From the NCBI GenBank assembly GCA_001443395.1, contig LDXK01000001.1, positions 96,001 to 160,000 on the forward strand: a DNA stretch of 64,000 bases, in the 5' to 3' direction. Position 1 is the first letter of the stretch. Every line of letters begins with the position of its first letter. The translations under genes were made by a program, and so were the position numbers. Below are positions 10,311 through 19,731 of this stretch, in pieces. The stretch is from a candidate division WWE3 bacterium CSP1-7. Its GTDB lineage: Bacteria > Patescibacteriota > WWE3 > 9FT-COMBO-53-11. The notes under the pieces were generated by a model. It did no database searches. It saw only the letters and a program-made list of their open reading frames with translations, and was not told where the DNA came from.

Positions 10311-13300
10311 TTTCTTCCTCCTTTTGTTCTGCTCTCTCGGCCGGTTGGCCCTCCGCTACTTCACCCATCGCCGCCTCCTCCGCCGGACCCTCCTCGCTGG
10401 GTTCGGGAGCGAAAACAGCCGCGGCCAGCTCGGCTTCCTCGGACACCGGGGGCTCGGGAAGAGACGGTACCTCGGCCACTCGGGCGGAAACAATCTTTTC
10501 GCCCTTTTTCAGCGGTTCAATATTCAGCCCCACTCCGTTGAGTTCTCGAATCAAGAGCTTGAATGATTCGGGAAGAGTAGGTTCGGGAATTTCCTCACCC
10601 TGGACGATCGCACGGTACGCCGCCGAACGCCCGACCAGATCGTCCGATTTGGTCGTCAACATCTCTTGCAAGGCATAGGCTGCACCGTAAGCCTCGATTG
10701 CCCAGACCTCCATTTCCCCAAAACGCTGGCCGCCAAATTGAGCTTTTCCTCCCAGGGGCTGCTGGGTAATTAGCGCGTAGGGTCCGGTCGAACGGGCGTG
10801 CATCTTGTCCTCCGCCAGGTGCTCCAGCTTGAGAATGTAGGCATTGCCGACGACCACTTCCTGCTCAAAAGGCTTGCCGGTCCGGCCGTCGAAGAGCTTT
10901 GCCTTGCCGGAAACCGGTAGATTGGCCGCCTGAAGTTCCGCCTCCAGCGTTGCTTCGCCAAACTTTTCGAAAACCGGCACCGCATAATGCTTTCCCGATT
11001 TGGCTCCCGCCCACCCCAGATGGGTTTCCAACAGCTGGCCCAGATTCATCCGGTTAATGACAGAGTGCGGCGCCAGAATGATATCGACCGGCGTCCCGTC
11101 CTCGAGGTAGGGAAGATCCGCTGCCGGCACAATTCGAGAAATAACTCCCTTGTTACCGTGCCGCCCCGCCAACTTGTCCCCCACTGTGATCTTGCGGATC
11201 TGCGCCACGCGGACATAGATCTCCTGCAGAACTCCCTCGGGAAGTTCCGATTCTCCCCGATTCAAAATCTTTACCTCGACCACGGTCCCCCACTCCCCGT
11301 GAGGAACTCGCAGGGAAACATCTCGCACCTCGCGAGCTTTCTCCCCAAAAATGGCGCGGAGAAGCCGTTCTTCCGCCGAGAGCTCGGTCTCGCCCTTGGG
11401 AGCGATTTTCCCAACCAAGATATCGCCGCCCTTTACCTCTGAACCGATGGCGGCGATACCGCTTTCGTCCAGATTGCGCAGGGCCTCTTCGGAAACATTG
11501 GGAATGTCCTGTGTTACCTCTTCCGGACCGAGTTTCGTTTCCAGGACCTGAATGCTGTGTTCTGAAATGTGAATCGAAGAGAGCAAGTCCTCCCGGCGCA
11601 GACGATCAGAAAGCACAATACCGTCTTCATAACCGAACCCGTCCCAGTACATGTAAGCGATGGTGAGATTACGGCCGATGGCCAGCTCACCGTTTTCGGT
11701 CGCCGGCCCATCGATCAGCACATCACCCTTCTTAAAAACCTGGCTGGACTCCACTCGCACGTGCTGGTTGTAGCAGGTTTCATCGTTGCTTTTGACGAAC
11801 TTCTGCAGATCATAGTGCTTCTTTTTGCCCCCCTGGTAAACCACTTCCAACCTCCCCGCATCCACATAAGAGACCTTTCCAGCATCCTCGGCGATAATCG
11901 TCAGACCGGAATTGATCGCCAAATCCCTCTCAATTCCCGTCCCCACAATCGGCGCTTCCGGGACAACCAGCGGCACGGCTTGGCCGACCATGTTGGATGC
12001 CATCAACGCTCGATTCACATCATCATGCGCCAAAAAAGGAATAAGGGCCGCCGAGGCGGAGACAATTTGGCGAGGAGTCACGTCCACTAGCTCGGCCTGG
12101 TCGGCGGAGCCGAAGAAGAACTCGATCTTGTGGCGGAGTGGAATCCGTTCATCCAGGATCCGCCCGCTCTTGTCCAGCCGGACGGAAGCATCCGCGACCA
12201 CGTATTGATCCTCTTGAGAAGCGGTGAGATAGATAATCTCCTTTGTCACCATCGGTTTGCCATTGATTTTCTTAACTTTTCGGTAAGGGGTCTCCAAAAA
12301 TCCAAGCGGGTTGATCCGCGCGTAGAGCGCTAGGTGGGTTGTTAGTCCAATTGAAGTTCCTTCCGGGGTTTTGACCGGGCAAATCCGCCCGTAGTGGGTG
12401 TAGTGGGCATCTCGCACCGAAAAACTAGCCCGCTCCGCGGTTAATCCGCCCGGGCCCTTAACCGAAAGGCGCCGAAGGTGCTCCAGTCCCGCCAAAGGAT
12501 TAACCTGCTCGTGATACTGCGAGAGTTGCGAAGAAGCAAAGAAAGAGTGCAGCCGCGCCTCTACCGGGCGGGTTGAGATGATTGCCAACGGTTTGGGAAG
12601 CTGATTCCGCGCCTGCAGGCTCATTCTCTCCTTGACGACCCTTTCCAATTGGATGAAGCCGATCCGGAGCTGACCCTGGATCAACTCCCCCACCGTCCGC
12701 ACCCGCCGGTTCCCCAGATGGTCAATATCACTTGGTTCACCGATGCCGTGGTTGAGTTCGATCAACCGCTTCAAGGCCGAGATCAAGTCGCCGCGGGTGA
12801 GCAGGCGGTTGTGCCGCTCATCCAAGGAAAGATCCAACCCCAGGATTTCATTGAGTTTGAAGCGCCCCGCTTTCCCAAGATCGTAGCGGCGGGGATCGAG
12901 GAAGATCCGCTCAAAAGTGAGCTTGGCGGTATCGAGCAGAGCCGGCTCCCCGGGCCGGACCTTAGTGAAAATTTCAACGACGGCCTCCTCGTAGGATTTG
13001 GTGGAATCTTTCTTGAGAGTTTCTTCGATGAAATTTCGATTGGGGTCGGTGTCAACATCGTTGAAAGCCGCGCGAATGTCGTCATCCCGGGTTAAGCCGA
13101 AAGCTCGCAAGAGAGTGGTGACCGGCATCTTGTGGTAGTTGCTGATTTTAACCGTGATGTAGTTGCGACGGGCGGTACTGAATTCCAGCCAGGCTCCGTT
13201 CTTGGGAAGAATCCTTGCCGAGGACAACAGAACCCCGGTCGTGGGATCGGTTTCTTGAGAAAAATAGATTCCTTCAGAACGAAGGAGCTGATTAACGACG

Positions 13301-13668
13301 GCGCGTTCGATCCCGGCCACGATGAAGGTTCCTCCCTCCGTCATCTGGGGAATTTCCCCCATGTAAATCTCCTGGGAAACGGTCTTGCCGCTTTTTACTT
13401 CCTTCAGTTCGGCGGTGAGGTACCAAGAGAAAGAAAAGGTCAGACCTTTCTTGATGGCTTCTTCTTTGCTGACGCGGGGCTTGCCGTAGCGGGGCTTGTT
13501 GAAACTCAGTTCCCAACCACGGCCGGTGTAGTCTTGGATCGGATTGATTTCTTCCAGAACTTCCAAAATCCCCTCTTTGAGGAGCTGATCGAAAGATTCT
13601 TTCTGGACCGCTGAGAGATCCGAAAGGGGCAAGGCCTCTGCGGTTTTCCCTAGCCACACTCTAGTCAT
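10303..13668 (-). CDS. rpoB: RNA polymerase beta subunit
   Basis: DIDHLGNRR, GDKLAGRHGNKG, GGQRFGEME; likely start ATG 13668. Confidence 0.99.
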   Translation of the reverse strand: MTRVWLGKTAEALPLSDLSAVQKESFDQLLKEGILEVLEEINPIQDYTGRGWELSFNKPRYGKPRVSKEEAIKKGLTFSFSWYLTAELKEVKSGKTVSQEIYMGEIPQMTEGGTFIVAGIERAVVNQLLRSEGIYFSQETDPTTGVLLSSARILPKNGAWLEFSTARRNYITVKISNYHKMPVTTLLRAFGLTRDDDIRAAFNDVDTDPNRNFIEETLKKDSTKSYEEAVVEIFTKVRPGEPALLDTAKLTFERIFLDPRRYDLGKAGRFKLNEILGLDLSLDERHNRLLTRGDLISALKRLIELNHGIGEPSDIDHLGNRRVRTVGELIQGQLRIGFIQLERVVKERMSLQARNQLPKPLAIISTRPVEARLHSFFASSQLSQYHEQVNPLAGLEHLRRLSVKGPGGLTAERASFSVRDAHYTHYGRICPVKTPEGTSIGLTTHLALYARINPLGFLETPYRKVKKINGKPMVTKEIIYLTASQEDQYVVADASVRLDKSGRILDERIPLRHKIEFFFGSADQAELVDVTPRQIVSASAALIPFLAHDDVNRALMASNMVGQAVPLVVPEAPIVGTGIERDLAINSGLTIIAEDAGKVSYVDAGRLEVVYQGGKKKHYDLQKFVKSNDETCYNQHVRVESSQVFKKGDVLIDGPATENGELAIGRNLTIAYMYWDGFGYEDGIVLSDRLRREDLLSSIHISEHSIQVLETKLGPEEVTQDIPNVSEEALRNLDESGIAAIGSEVKGGDILVGKIAPKGETELSAEERLLRAIFGEKAREVRDVSLRVPHGEWGTVVEVKILNRGESELPEGVLQEIYVRVAQIRKITVGDKLAGRHGNKGVISRIVPAADLPYLEDGTPVDIILAPHSVINRMNLGQLLETHLGWAGAKSGKHYAVPVFEKFGEATLEAELQAANLPVSGKAKLFDGRTGKPFEQEVVVGNAYILKLEHLAEDKMHARSTGPYALITQQPLGGKAQFGGQRFGEMEVWAIEAYGAAYALQEMLTTKSDDLVGRSAAYRAIVQGEEIPEPTLPESFKLLIRELNGVGLNIEPLKKGEKIVSARVAEVPSLPEPPVSEEAELAAAVFAPEPSEEGPAEEAAMGEVAEGQPAERAEQKEEENA

Positions 13669-13748
13669 CAATCTAAAAAGAAAAGCAAAGCGCACAAACA
13701 CAAAACGCCCACGCGCTTATCGGGAAAAAATATTCACTTAACGAGGCT

Positions 13749-13777
13749 AATTTAACAACAAAAGCGCTAAAAGTCAA
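13749..13777 (-). promoter_or_regulatory. Sigma70-type promoter for rpoB
   Basis: TTGACT-N17-TAAATT on the minus strand. Confidence 0.6.
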
Positions 13778-13790
13778 TACCCTGAGAACA

Positions 13791-15008
13791 CTATTTAGAA
13801 GAACGCCCCGAGGCCAGAAGGAACAGGTAATTACCCTTAACAGTTTCTAACTTTTCAAATTGGAGTTTCCATTCTGGGAAATTTCTCGAGGTAACATCTC
13901 TAAACTCGCTTTCTGTCATAAATAGCCCACCTCGATCACCTAAGAAATTCCTGTAGTACGCATTCCAAAACCTTGCTCTTTTCGTAGACCGAGATGGATC
14001 CTCTACATCAACAATCAAAACCCTCTTACCGACCTTTTTTAACGAGTCAAGCAAGACAACGAGTTCCTCGTAATTGTGCATATGATGAAGAGTGTTCTTA
14101 CAAATAACTAAATCGAATTTTTTGGAAAACGGTAGATCGGTTGCATCGTGATTCGTAAAGATGATGTTGTCGGGAAGATTTCTTTCCCTCCTCAAGGCCG
14201 CTGTGACGGATCTGGAGACATCGTTTGCCACACAAAGCTCAACGCTCTTACAAACTTCAAAGATAAATTTATCGTCTCCGCAAGAAACATCCAACACCGT
14301 CTTAGCCGAACCGATGTAGTTTTTCATAATTTTTTTAATCCTATCTGAACTGAATACCTTTGATAATGGGGCGACTGTTAACTCATGGATTAGATAATTC
14401 AATCTACGATTTCGATTTACGTCTATTTCATCATGCGCAAGCAATATCTGTTTTTGAGAGAGTTTTTGTTGCGCCAATTCTAAAATTCTTTCGTTGGCGT
14501 ACATTAAATTTTTGGACACAGATCTGAAGTTATCAACAAAGGCGAGAGAAATCTCGGAGTCCCTAATTTTTCCCCTAGCTCTGACTAACCAAGCCAAACC
14601 GCGGTGCACAACTTCCCGATGCCCGTCGACAAAGTGGTTTTCTATAACCGCAATTGGTTCAGTCTCATCTGTTTCCAAACCAGTTTCTCTCTCTACGATC
14701 CTAAAGAGAGCGTCCTCCAGATTTTCTCCCGGTGAGACAGATCCTCCCGGAAGTTCCCAGCCACCATGTTTGCCGGGATCACGCAGAACTAAAAACTGGT
14801 AATTCTCATTAAAAATAGCGGCGACTATAAAGTTGCCGGCCTTAAGAGAGTAGTGATGCAATAAACTCGAGGGGACAGTTTGTTTGTCTTTGATAACATC
14901 AATACCGTAATAATCAACGTAAAAGTCCAGAATCCGGTCAAAATTACCACCACGCGAGTAAATCTTCCTGAAATTCAATTTTTGGTGGCTACCGTTTCCT
15001 TCGTTCAT
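13791..15008 (-). CDS. Nudix domain + class I SAM methyltransferase fusion
   Basis: WELPGGSVSPGENLEDALFRIVERETGL (degenerate Nudix box); VLDVSCG, DATDLPF..KFDLV..NTLHH. Confidence 0.8.
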   Translation of the reverse strand: MNEGNGSHQKLNFRKIYSRGGNFDRILDFYVDYYGIDVIKDKQTVPSSLLHHYSLKAGNFIVAAIFNENYQFLVLRDPGKHGGWELPGGSVSPGENLEDALFRIVERETGLETDETEPIAVIENHFVDGHREVVHRGLAWLVRARGKIRDSEISLAFVDNFRSVSKNLMYANERILELAQQKLSQKQILLAHDEIDVNRNRRLNYLIHELTVAPLSKVFSSDRIKKIMKNYIGSAKTVLDVSCGDDKFIFEVCKSVELCVANDVSRSVTAALRRERNLPDNIIFTNHDATDLPFSKKFDLVICKNTLHHMHNYEELVVLLDSLKKVGKRVLIVDVEDPSRSTKRARFWNAYYRNFLGDRGGLFMTESEFRDVTSRNFPEWKLQFEKLETVKGNYLFLLASGRSSK

Positions 15009-15032
15009 GTTGTAAAAAGGGCTAAGCGTGGC

Positions 15033-15602
15033 TTATTTGCTCAGCCCCTCGATTATATTACGAATCTCCCCAACAACCTGAGGGACAGTTTTGAACGTAT
15101 TATCCACTAGAACATATTCGCTATCGTATCGTCGGTAAGCTTCGAGTATCTTCTGCCGGATACGCTCATTATCTGTGACCTCATCGCCAACGGAACGGCC
15201 CCGGGAACCCAAGCGCCGCTGTCGTACACCCTCATCGCTTATGGCAAGAAAAATTGTCAGGTCTGGACGACGAATGCCCTTGGTGTAATTAAGGCGCACT
15301 GGCAGACCTAAACCGCGGTGGTAACAGACTGTATCAAGAAGGTATCGAACACAGTAAACGTTGCTGCTGTTCCTCAAAAGTTCGGAGATGATACTGGACG
15401 CATGGTAGATCGAAGCCAAATAGAAGTGGTAATGCGTCCAGGGGTGTTGCATAGCAAGAGCGTCCATCTCAGAGCGCGCGGGAATAAACGGGTCCGTAGG
15501 TGTCTTCACCAAGTACGACCCCGGATCCAATTCCTGCAAGGCCGCAGCAACTGTATCTTTACCGGAGGCATCAAGGCCTGTTATAACAATGAACTTGCCC
15601 AT
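15033..15602 (-). CDS. Thymidylate-kinase-like NMP kinase
   Basis: FIVITGLDASGKDT P-loop, RY motif, PDLTIFL. Confidence 0.8.
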   Translation of the reverse strand: MGKFIVITGLDASGKDTVAAALQELDPGSYLVKTPTDPFIPARSEMDALAMQHPWTHYHFYLASIYHASSIISELLRNSSNVYCVRYLLDTVCYHRGLGLPVRLNYTKGIRRPDLTIFLAISDEGVRQRRLGSRGRSVGDEVTDNERIRQKILEAYRRYDSEYVLVDNTFKTVPQVVGEIRNIIEGLSK

Positions 15603-15676
15603 GCTTTTCTCCCCTTTATTCAATGGTTTGTCTTATTATAAGATACTTATATCTGGGAATCAAGAGAGGAACGACG

Positions 15677-16141
15677 TCAGGTGATCTCGAGAACCTTCAT
15701 TTGCACCGACCCACCTGGGGTAACCGCTTTAACCTGCTCGCCTGCCTTGGCTCCCAACAATGCTTTGCCTATCGGAGAAGTACAGGAGATCTTTCCACTA
15801 AGAAGATCGGATTCACTCTCGCCAAGGACCGTAAAAACTTTCTCAATTCCGTCAATTCTTACTTTCACAGTACTACCAATCATAACGTGGTCACGAGATG
15901 TGGGCGTTTCAACTATCTGTGCAGTTAAAATCTGGTCTTCTACATCACCAATGAGCCGAATCAACATAGACACATCGCTCTCGGCTTGTTCAAAAGCCGC
16001 ATTCTCGTGCCAGAGCCCCTCATCTCCGGCCGCTTCGCCTATTCTCTTCTTTGCCTTTCCCAACTCTTCTTCCAATTGCTTCTTCCTCTGCAGGAGCTTC
16101 TCGCGTCCTTCTTTTGTGAGATAAATCTTCTTGTATTCCAT
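15677..16141 (-). CDS. GreA/GreB family factor (variant tip WHEN)
   Basis: YLTKEG, coiled coil, IGSTV, IScxSPIGKALLG. Confidence 0.88.
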   Translation of the reverse strand: MEYKKIYLTKEGREKLLQRKKQLEEELGKAKKRIGEAAGDEGLWHENAAFEQAESDVSMLIRLIGDVEDQILTAQIVETPTSRDHVMIGSTVKVRIDGIEKVFTVLGESESDLLSGKISCTSPIGKALLGAKAGEQVKAVTPGGSVQMKVLEIT

Positions 16142-16240
16142 ACGTACGGATTATTATAACCGACAACCGATATAAAGTCGAAAAATTTTGACGGGCGTTA
16201 TATATTATTAAATAGTCAGAAGAAGAGGAAGGGAGGGGAG

Positions 16241-16699
16241 ATGTTTTACTTTCTAGAAGAGGATCTCAAAGATCTCGAAAGTCGGATCACAAAACTCCGA
16301 AGCGAGTTAGAGATTACCGCCAAATCGATTGGCCAAAACGGAGGTGGGGAGGGTGCTTGGCACGACAACTTTGCTTTCGAGGAAGCGCATCGACAATATG
16401 CGCTCAATGCCAAGCGGGTAAGCAATCTCCAGGAGATCAGAGAACACGCTCAGCTCTTTGATCCGGATACCGATATTGGGATAGTTCAGCTAGGAAAGTC
16501 TGTGACAATCGTTGAAGAAGGGTCGGGCGAAACACAGACTTTCCAAATCGGGAGCTACATGATTGTTAGCAATTCGAGAGACGCAGTATCGTACGCCGCT
16601 CCACTTGCCCAGCTGATCAGCGGAGCAACTATCGGCGAGGTGCGCGAAGGTGTAATCGGAGGATCGCTAAAGCGGTATAAGGTCGTTAAGATCGAATAA
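16241..16699 (+). CDS. Divergent GreA/GreB-like protein (tip WHDN)
   Basis: Coiled coil with WHDNFAFEEA; VQLGKSV, VSYAAPLAQLISG. Confidence 0.75.
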   Translation: MFYFLEEDLKDLESRITKLRSELEITAKSIGQNGGGEGAWHDNFAFEEAHRQYALNAKRVSNLQEIREHAQLFDPDTDIGIVQLGKSVTIVEEGSGETQTFQIGSYMIVSNSRDAVSYAAPLAQLISGATIGEVREGVIGGSLKRYKVVKIE

Positions 16700-16704
16700 G
16701 AGAT

Positions 16705-16736
16705 AAGCGCGGGTGATTCAATTTTCCGCGCTTTTT
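16705..16736 (+). terminator. Intrinsic terminator
   Basis: AAGCGCGG/CCGCGCTT stem plus T run. Confidence 0.65.
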
Positions 16737-16779
16737 AAGTTTTTAAATTAAATAACCGACTTCTAATTCAGGGTTCTAC

Positions 16780-17757
16780 TTAAAGGCAGGATTTGTTAGC
16801 GTTGTGCTCCGTCGGAGTTTTCGCGTAGCGGATTTGACCATTCTCACAATGGAGATAAAACCAGTAAGGAGATTTTCGGTAGTTTACGACCGCCAAGAGA
16901 GTGTCGATTCCGGGATTGGCGATCGGCATCGGTGGAATCCCGAGATGGGTGTAGGTGTTGTAAAGTGAGTCGATTTTTTTACCAGCAACGATCTTGGATT
17001 CTTTAGTTGTCCACCATGACCCAGTGTCTTCTTGGTATCCCAGCAGATACTGGATCGTGGCGTCAATCCCTAAATACCATCCGGACTTCCAGCGCTTGAT
17101 CATAATCCCGGCAATCGTTTCCAGCTCCTCCTGGTTCCCGACGCTTTCCCTTTCCAGAAGAGAGGCCAGGATGGTAATCTGCTTCTTTGTGAGGCCGCTT
17201 TTTGATTGGAGCGGCAGAACCGTTCCTTGATATTTCTTTTCAAAGTTTTGGTTGAGAAGTACGACCAGCTCTTGGGCACCGATGTTGATCGGCACGATAT
17301 AGGTATCGGGGAAAAGATATCCTTCCAAATCCTCGGTCGCAACTAAGAATTGGGTCGAAAAATCTTCATCGTCCACGGCCAGATTTGCCAGCGCGTAGCG
17401 CAGATATTCTTCCCGCCGCCAACCTTCTAAGAAAGTGAGACGGACATCAAAAGTCCCGTGCTGCAGCAGCTCCACCACTTGAACCGGCGTGAGCGCCAGA
17501 GGAATATCGTACCGTCCGGCTTGAATTTTAGAAGTAAGATTTTTGAAGCGGACATAGGAGACGAAAAGAAAAGAATTCATCACCCCCGCCGCCTGAAGTT
17601 TGCCGCCGATCTCCTGGACCGATTCTCCGGAAGAAATCAGGACCTCGACTTTGCCGGAGGCCGCGATCGGCTGATTCAATTTCCAAAGGAGAAATGCTCC
17701 CCCCGCCAAAACCAAGGCCGCCAAAACCAGAATAACCAAAATAATTTTAAGCCGCAT
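16780..17757 (-). CDS. mltG: Endolytic transglycosylase MltG/YceG
   Basis: N-terminal TM, EGYLFPDTY, LASLLERE, YNTY..GIPPxPIANPG. Confidence 0.92.
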   Translation of the reverse strand: MRLKIILVILVLAALVLAGGAFLLWKLNQPIAASGKVEVLISSGESVQEIGGKLQAAGVMNSFLFVSYVRFKNLTSKIQAGRYDIPLALTPVQVVELLQHGTFDVRLTFLEGWRREEYLRYALANLAVDDEDFSTQFLVATEDLEGYLFPDTYIVPINIGAQELVVLLNQNFEKKYQGTVLPLQSKSGLTKKQITILASLLERESVGNQEELETIAGIMIKRWKSGWYLGIDATIQYLLGYQEDTGSWWTTKESKIVAGKKIDSLYNTYTHLGIPPMPIANPGIDTLLAVVNYRKSPYWFYLHCENGQIRYAKTPTEHNANKSCL

Positions 17758-18163
17758 ATCCTCTAAGTTTAAGATAATCTTCGGCCGCACGCAAAATTTC
17801 CTTCGCGTTCTTAAAAGTTACCCTCTCGATGGCTTCCGCAAAACCAAGCCAAGCGAACCCTTGGTGTTCGAAGGAAATTTTTACTTCAGCTTGCCGAGTT
17901 TCCGCGAGGAGATAGGCCACCCATTTATTGACCAAATCTCCTTGGTGCTGGTAAACAAAATGAATTGTTTTCTTGAACCCGGGGATAAATTCCAGATCGG
18001 CGATGCCGGTCTCCTCCCGCACCTCCCGCCGCACCGTTTCCTCGGTTTTCTCGCCTTTTTCAATCCCCCCTTTTGGAAAATCCCAATGCCCGGACTGGTA
18101 ATGAAGTAAAAGGTAGAATGGTCCCCGAAAAACAATTGCTCCGGCGGAGCGTCCGACAGGCAC
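17747..18163 (-). CDS. Nudix hydrolase (Ap4A hydrolase-like)
   Basis: SAGAIVF, HWDFPKG, REVREETG, EH. Confidence 0.88.
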   Translation of the reverse strand: MPVGRSAGAIVFRGPFYLLLHYQSGHWDFPKGGIEKGEKTEETVRREVREETGIADLEFIPGFKKTIHFVYQHQGDLVNKWVAYLLAETRQAEVKISFEHQGFAWLGFAEAIERVTFKNAKEILRAAEDYLKLRGYAA

Positions 18164-18166
18164 GCG

Positions 18167-18592
18167 TTAATCTCGCCGCTCCAGTGACCTTTCCCAAACC
18201 CCGATAACTAAAAGGGTAACCAGGGTAAACCCCGCTGCTACCGCCGCTAAAAGGTATTCCCCCAGACCCATGGCCATTCCCATCGCCGCAGTGATCCAGA
18301 GCGAAGCCGCTGTGGTCACCCCCTTGATCTGCCCGCCGGAAGAGATGATTACCCCCGCCCCGACAAAACCTATTCCGACCACGATTTGGGAAGCGATTCG
18401 AGTGGGGTCGGCGGCCCCATCGCCAAAAGCCGAACTCAAAGAAAGGATCGTAAAAAGAGACGAGGCCAGGGAGACTAGCATGTGGGTGCGCAGCCCGGCC
18501 GGTTTCCTGCTGATTTCTCTCTCCAACCCGATCAAAAAACCGATCAGAAGCGCGCCGCCCAACCTCAAGATTTCTTCCCAAGGAGAAAGCAT
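18167..18592 (-). CDS. MgtC/SapB family membrane protein
   Basis: IGLERE..KPAGLRTH, DPTRIASQIVxGIGFxGAG, TTAASLW. Confidence 0.93.
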   Translation of the reverse strand: MLSPWEEILRLGGALLIGFLIGLEREISRKPAGLRTHMLVSLASSLFTILSLSSAFGDGAADPTRIASQIVVGIGFVGAGVIISSGGQIKGVTTAASLWITAAMGMAMGLGEYLLAAVAAGFTLVTLLVIGVWERSLERRD

Positions 18593-18613
18593 TACAAAAA
18601 TAGAATAACAAAC

Positions 18614-18988
18614 TTAAGATTGGTTCTGGTTTTCGTCTAAAAACTCCTGCAGAAGCAGAGCAGCAGCCTGAGCATCCAAATCACGGCGGGACTTTTTGGG
18701 CTTCCCGGATTCGATTGATTTTTGGAGGGCCTGGCGGCTGGTCAAAACCTCCGAGCGCAGCACCACCGGTACACCCAGTTCACCCTCAATCCGCCTGCTC
18801 CAACCTCTCACCCTTTCCTCAAATTTGCCCTCCGGTAATCCCAACACTATCCTCTCCACCCTTTCGTCCCGGGCAATTCCCACCAATTCCTCGAACGAAC
18901 CGACCGTTCCCAAAGGTTCGGCGAGATTTCCCCGAGCAATCGCCATCCCGATTCTCTTTTCACCCCAGTCCACTCCTAGAATATTCAT
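18614..18988 (-). CDS. ruvX: YqgF/RuvX family nuclease
   Basis: ILGVDWGEKRIGMA, VLGLP, ExLTS, DAQAAALLLQ. Confidence 0.9.
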   Translation of the reverse strand: MNILGVDWGEKRIGMAIARGNLAEPLGTVGSFEELVGIARDERVERIVLGLPEGKFEERVRGWSRRIEGELGVPVVLRSEVLTSRQALQKSIESGKPKKSRRDLDAQAAALLLQEFLDENQNQS

Positions 18989-19028
18989 CCAACATATGAT
19001 AGCGGATATAAAAAAAGCCTCCGTTTGG

Positions 19029-19571
19029 TTAGAACGGAGGTTTAGTGACTTCCATCGCAAATTCCACCGCTTGTGAGGGGCTACCATCCTTGCGGCGAGC
19101 GGAAGCTAGAATCCGGCTCAGTTGAGAACCGAACTTGAACAACCTACGAGCAAATTCGCAATCATTGCCGTGGATCGGACAGGCCTCCGTAAACGCCAGT
19201 GGCCTCCCATCCTGAACGCGAAGATACGAAGCGGTGAAACATTTCTCGCGGGCCGTTCCGATTCCGGCTACGTCGAAAGCGGCGGTTTGCCAATCGCCTC
19301 TCAGGATATAGACCCAGGGGCGTTTCTTCACCTTAGCGAACTTTACGGTTCGGGCAATCTTCTGGCCCTTGAATCGTCGACTGGCGGTACCATCTACCCG
19401 AAGCCAGTGATTGTTTCGTCTAATGAAGAAATCAAAACCGCGATGGAGATCACTATCCAACGTGGCCGGCTCGACGGAAAAAGAATCGCCCTCCCGGCCG
19501 GCCAATCCTGCTCGAAATGCCAACGCGAGAATTATCGCCTTCTCGGTAATGTTTCTCTCGTGAGCAGGCAC
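19029..19571 (-). CDS. Hypothetical protein, PD-(D/E)xK-like motif
   Basis: DLHRGFDFF...LRVDGT; AAGGAG RBS; terminator-like hairpin at ~19011-19043. Confidence 0.55.
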   Translation of the reverse strand: MPAHERNITEKAIILALAFRAGLAGREGDSFSVEPATLDSDLHRGFDFFIRRNNHWLRVDGTASRRFKGQKIARTVKFAKVKKRPWVYILRGDWQTAAFDVAGIGTAREKCFTASYLRVQDGRPLAFTEACPIHGNDCEFARRLFKFGSQLSRILASARRKDGSPSQAVEFAMEVTKPPF

Positions 19572-19599
19572 ATCATCTCTCCTTTCTTAACCAGCGTCC

Positions 19600-19627
19600 A
19601 TTGGACGCTCGCTAGCGAGCTAGCAAT
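19600..19627 (-). repeat. REP-like hairpin copy 3
   Basis: Plus strand TGGACG-CTCGC-TA-GCGAG-CTAGCA, preceded by an extra AGCGTCCA half-site. Confidence 0.7.
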
Positions 19628-19731
19628 TCTCGCTAACTCTCCAATTGTAAACGCCGGTGCAAGTATCTTGTTATATCCTATCATTATATTGACTATAGGT
19701 CAAGGGCAGGGGTTATGCTAGGATAGGGATT

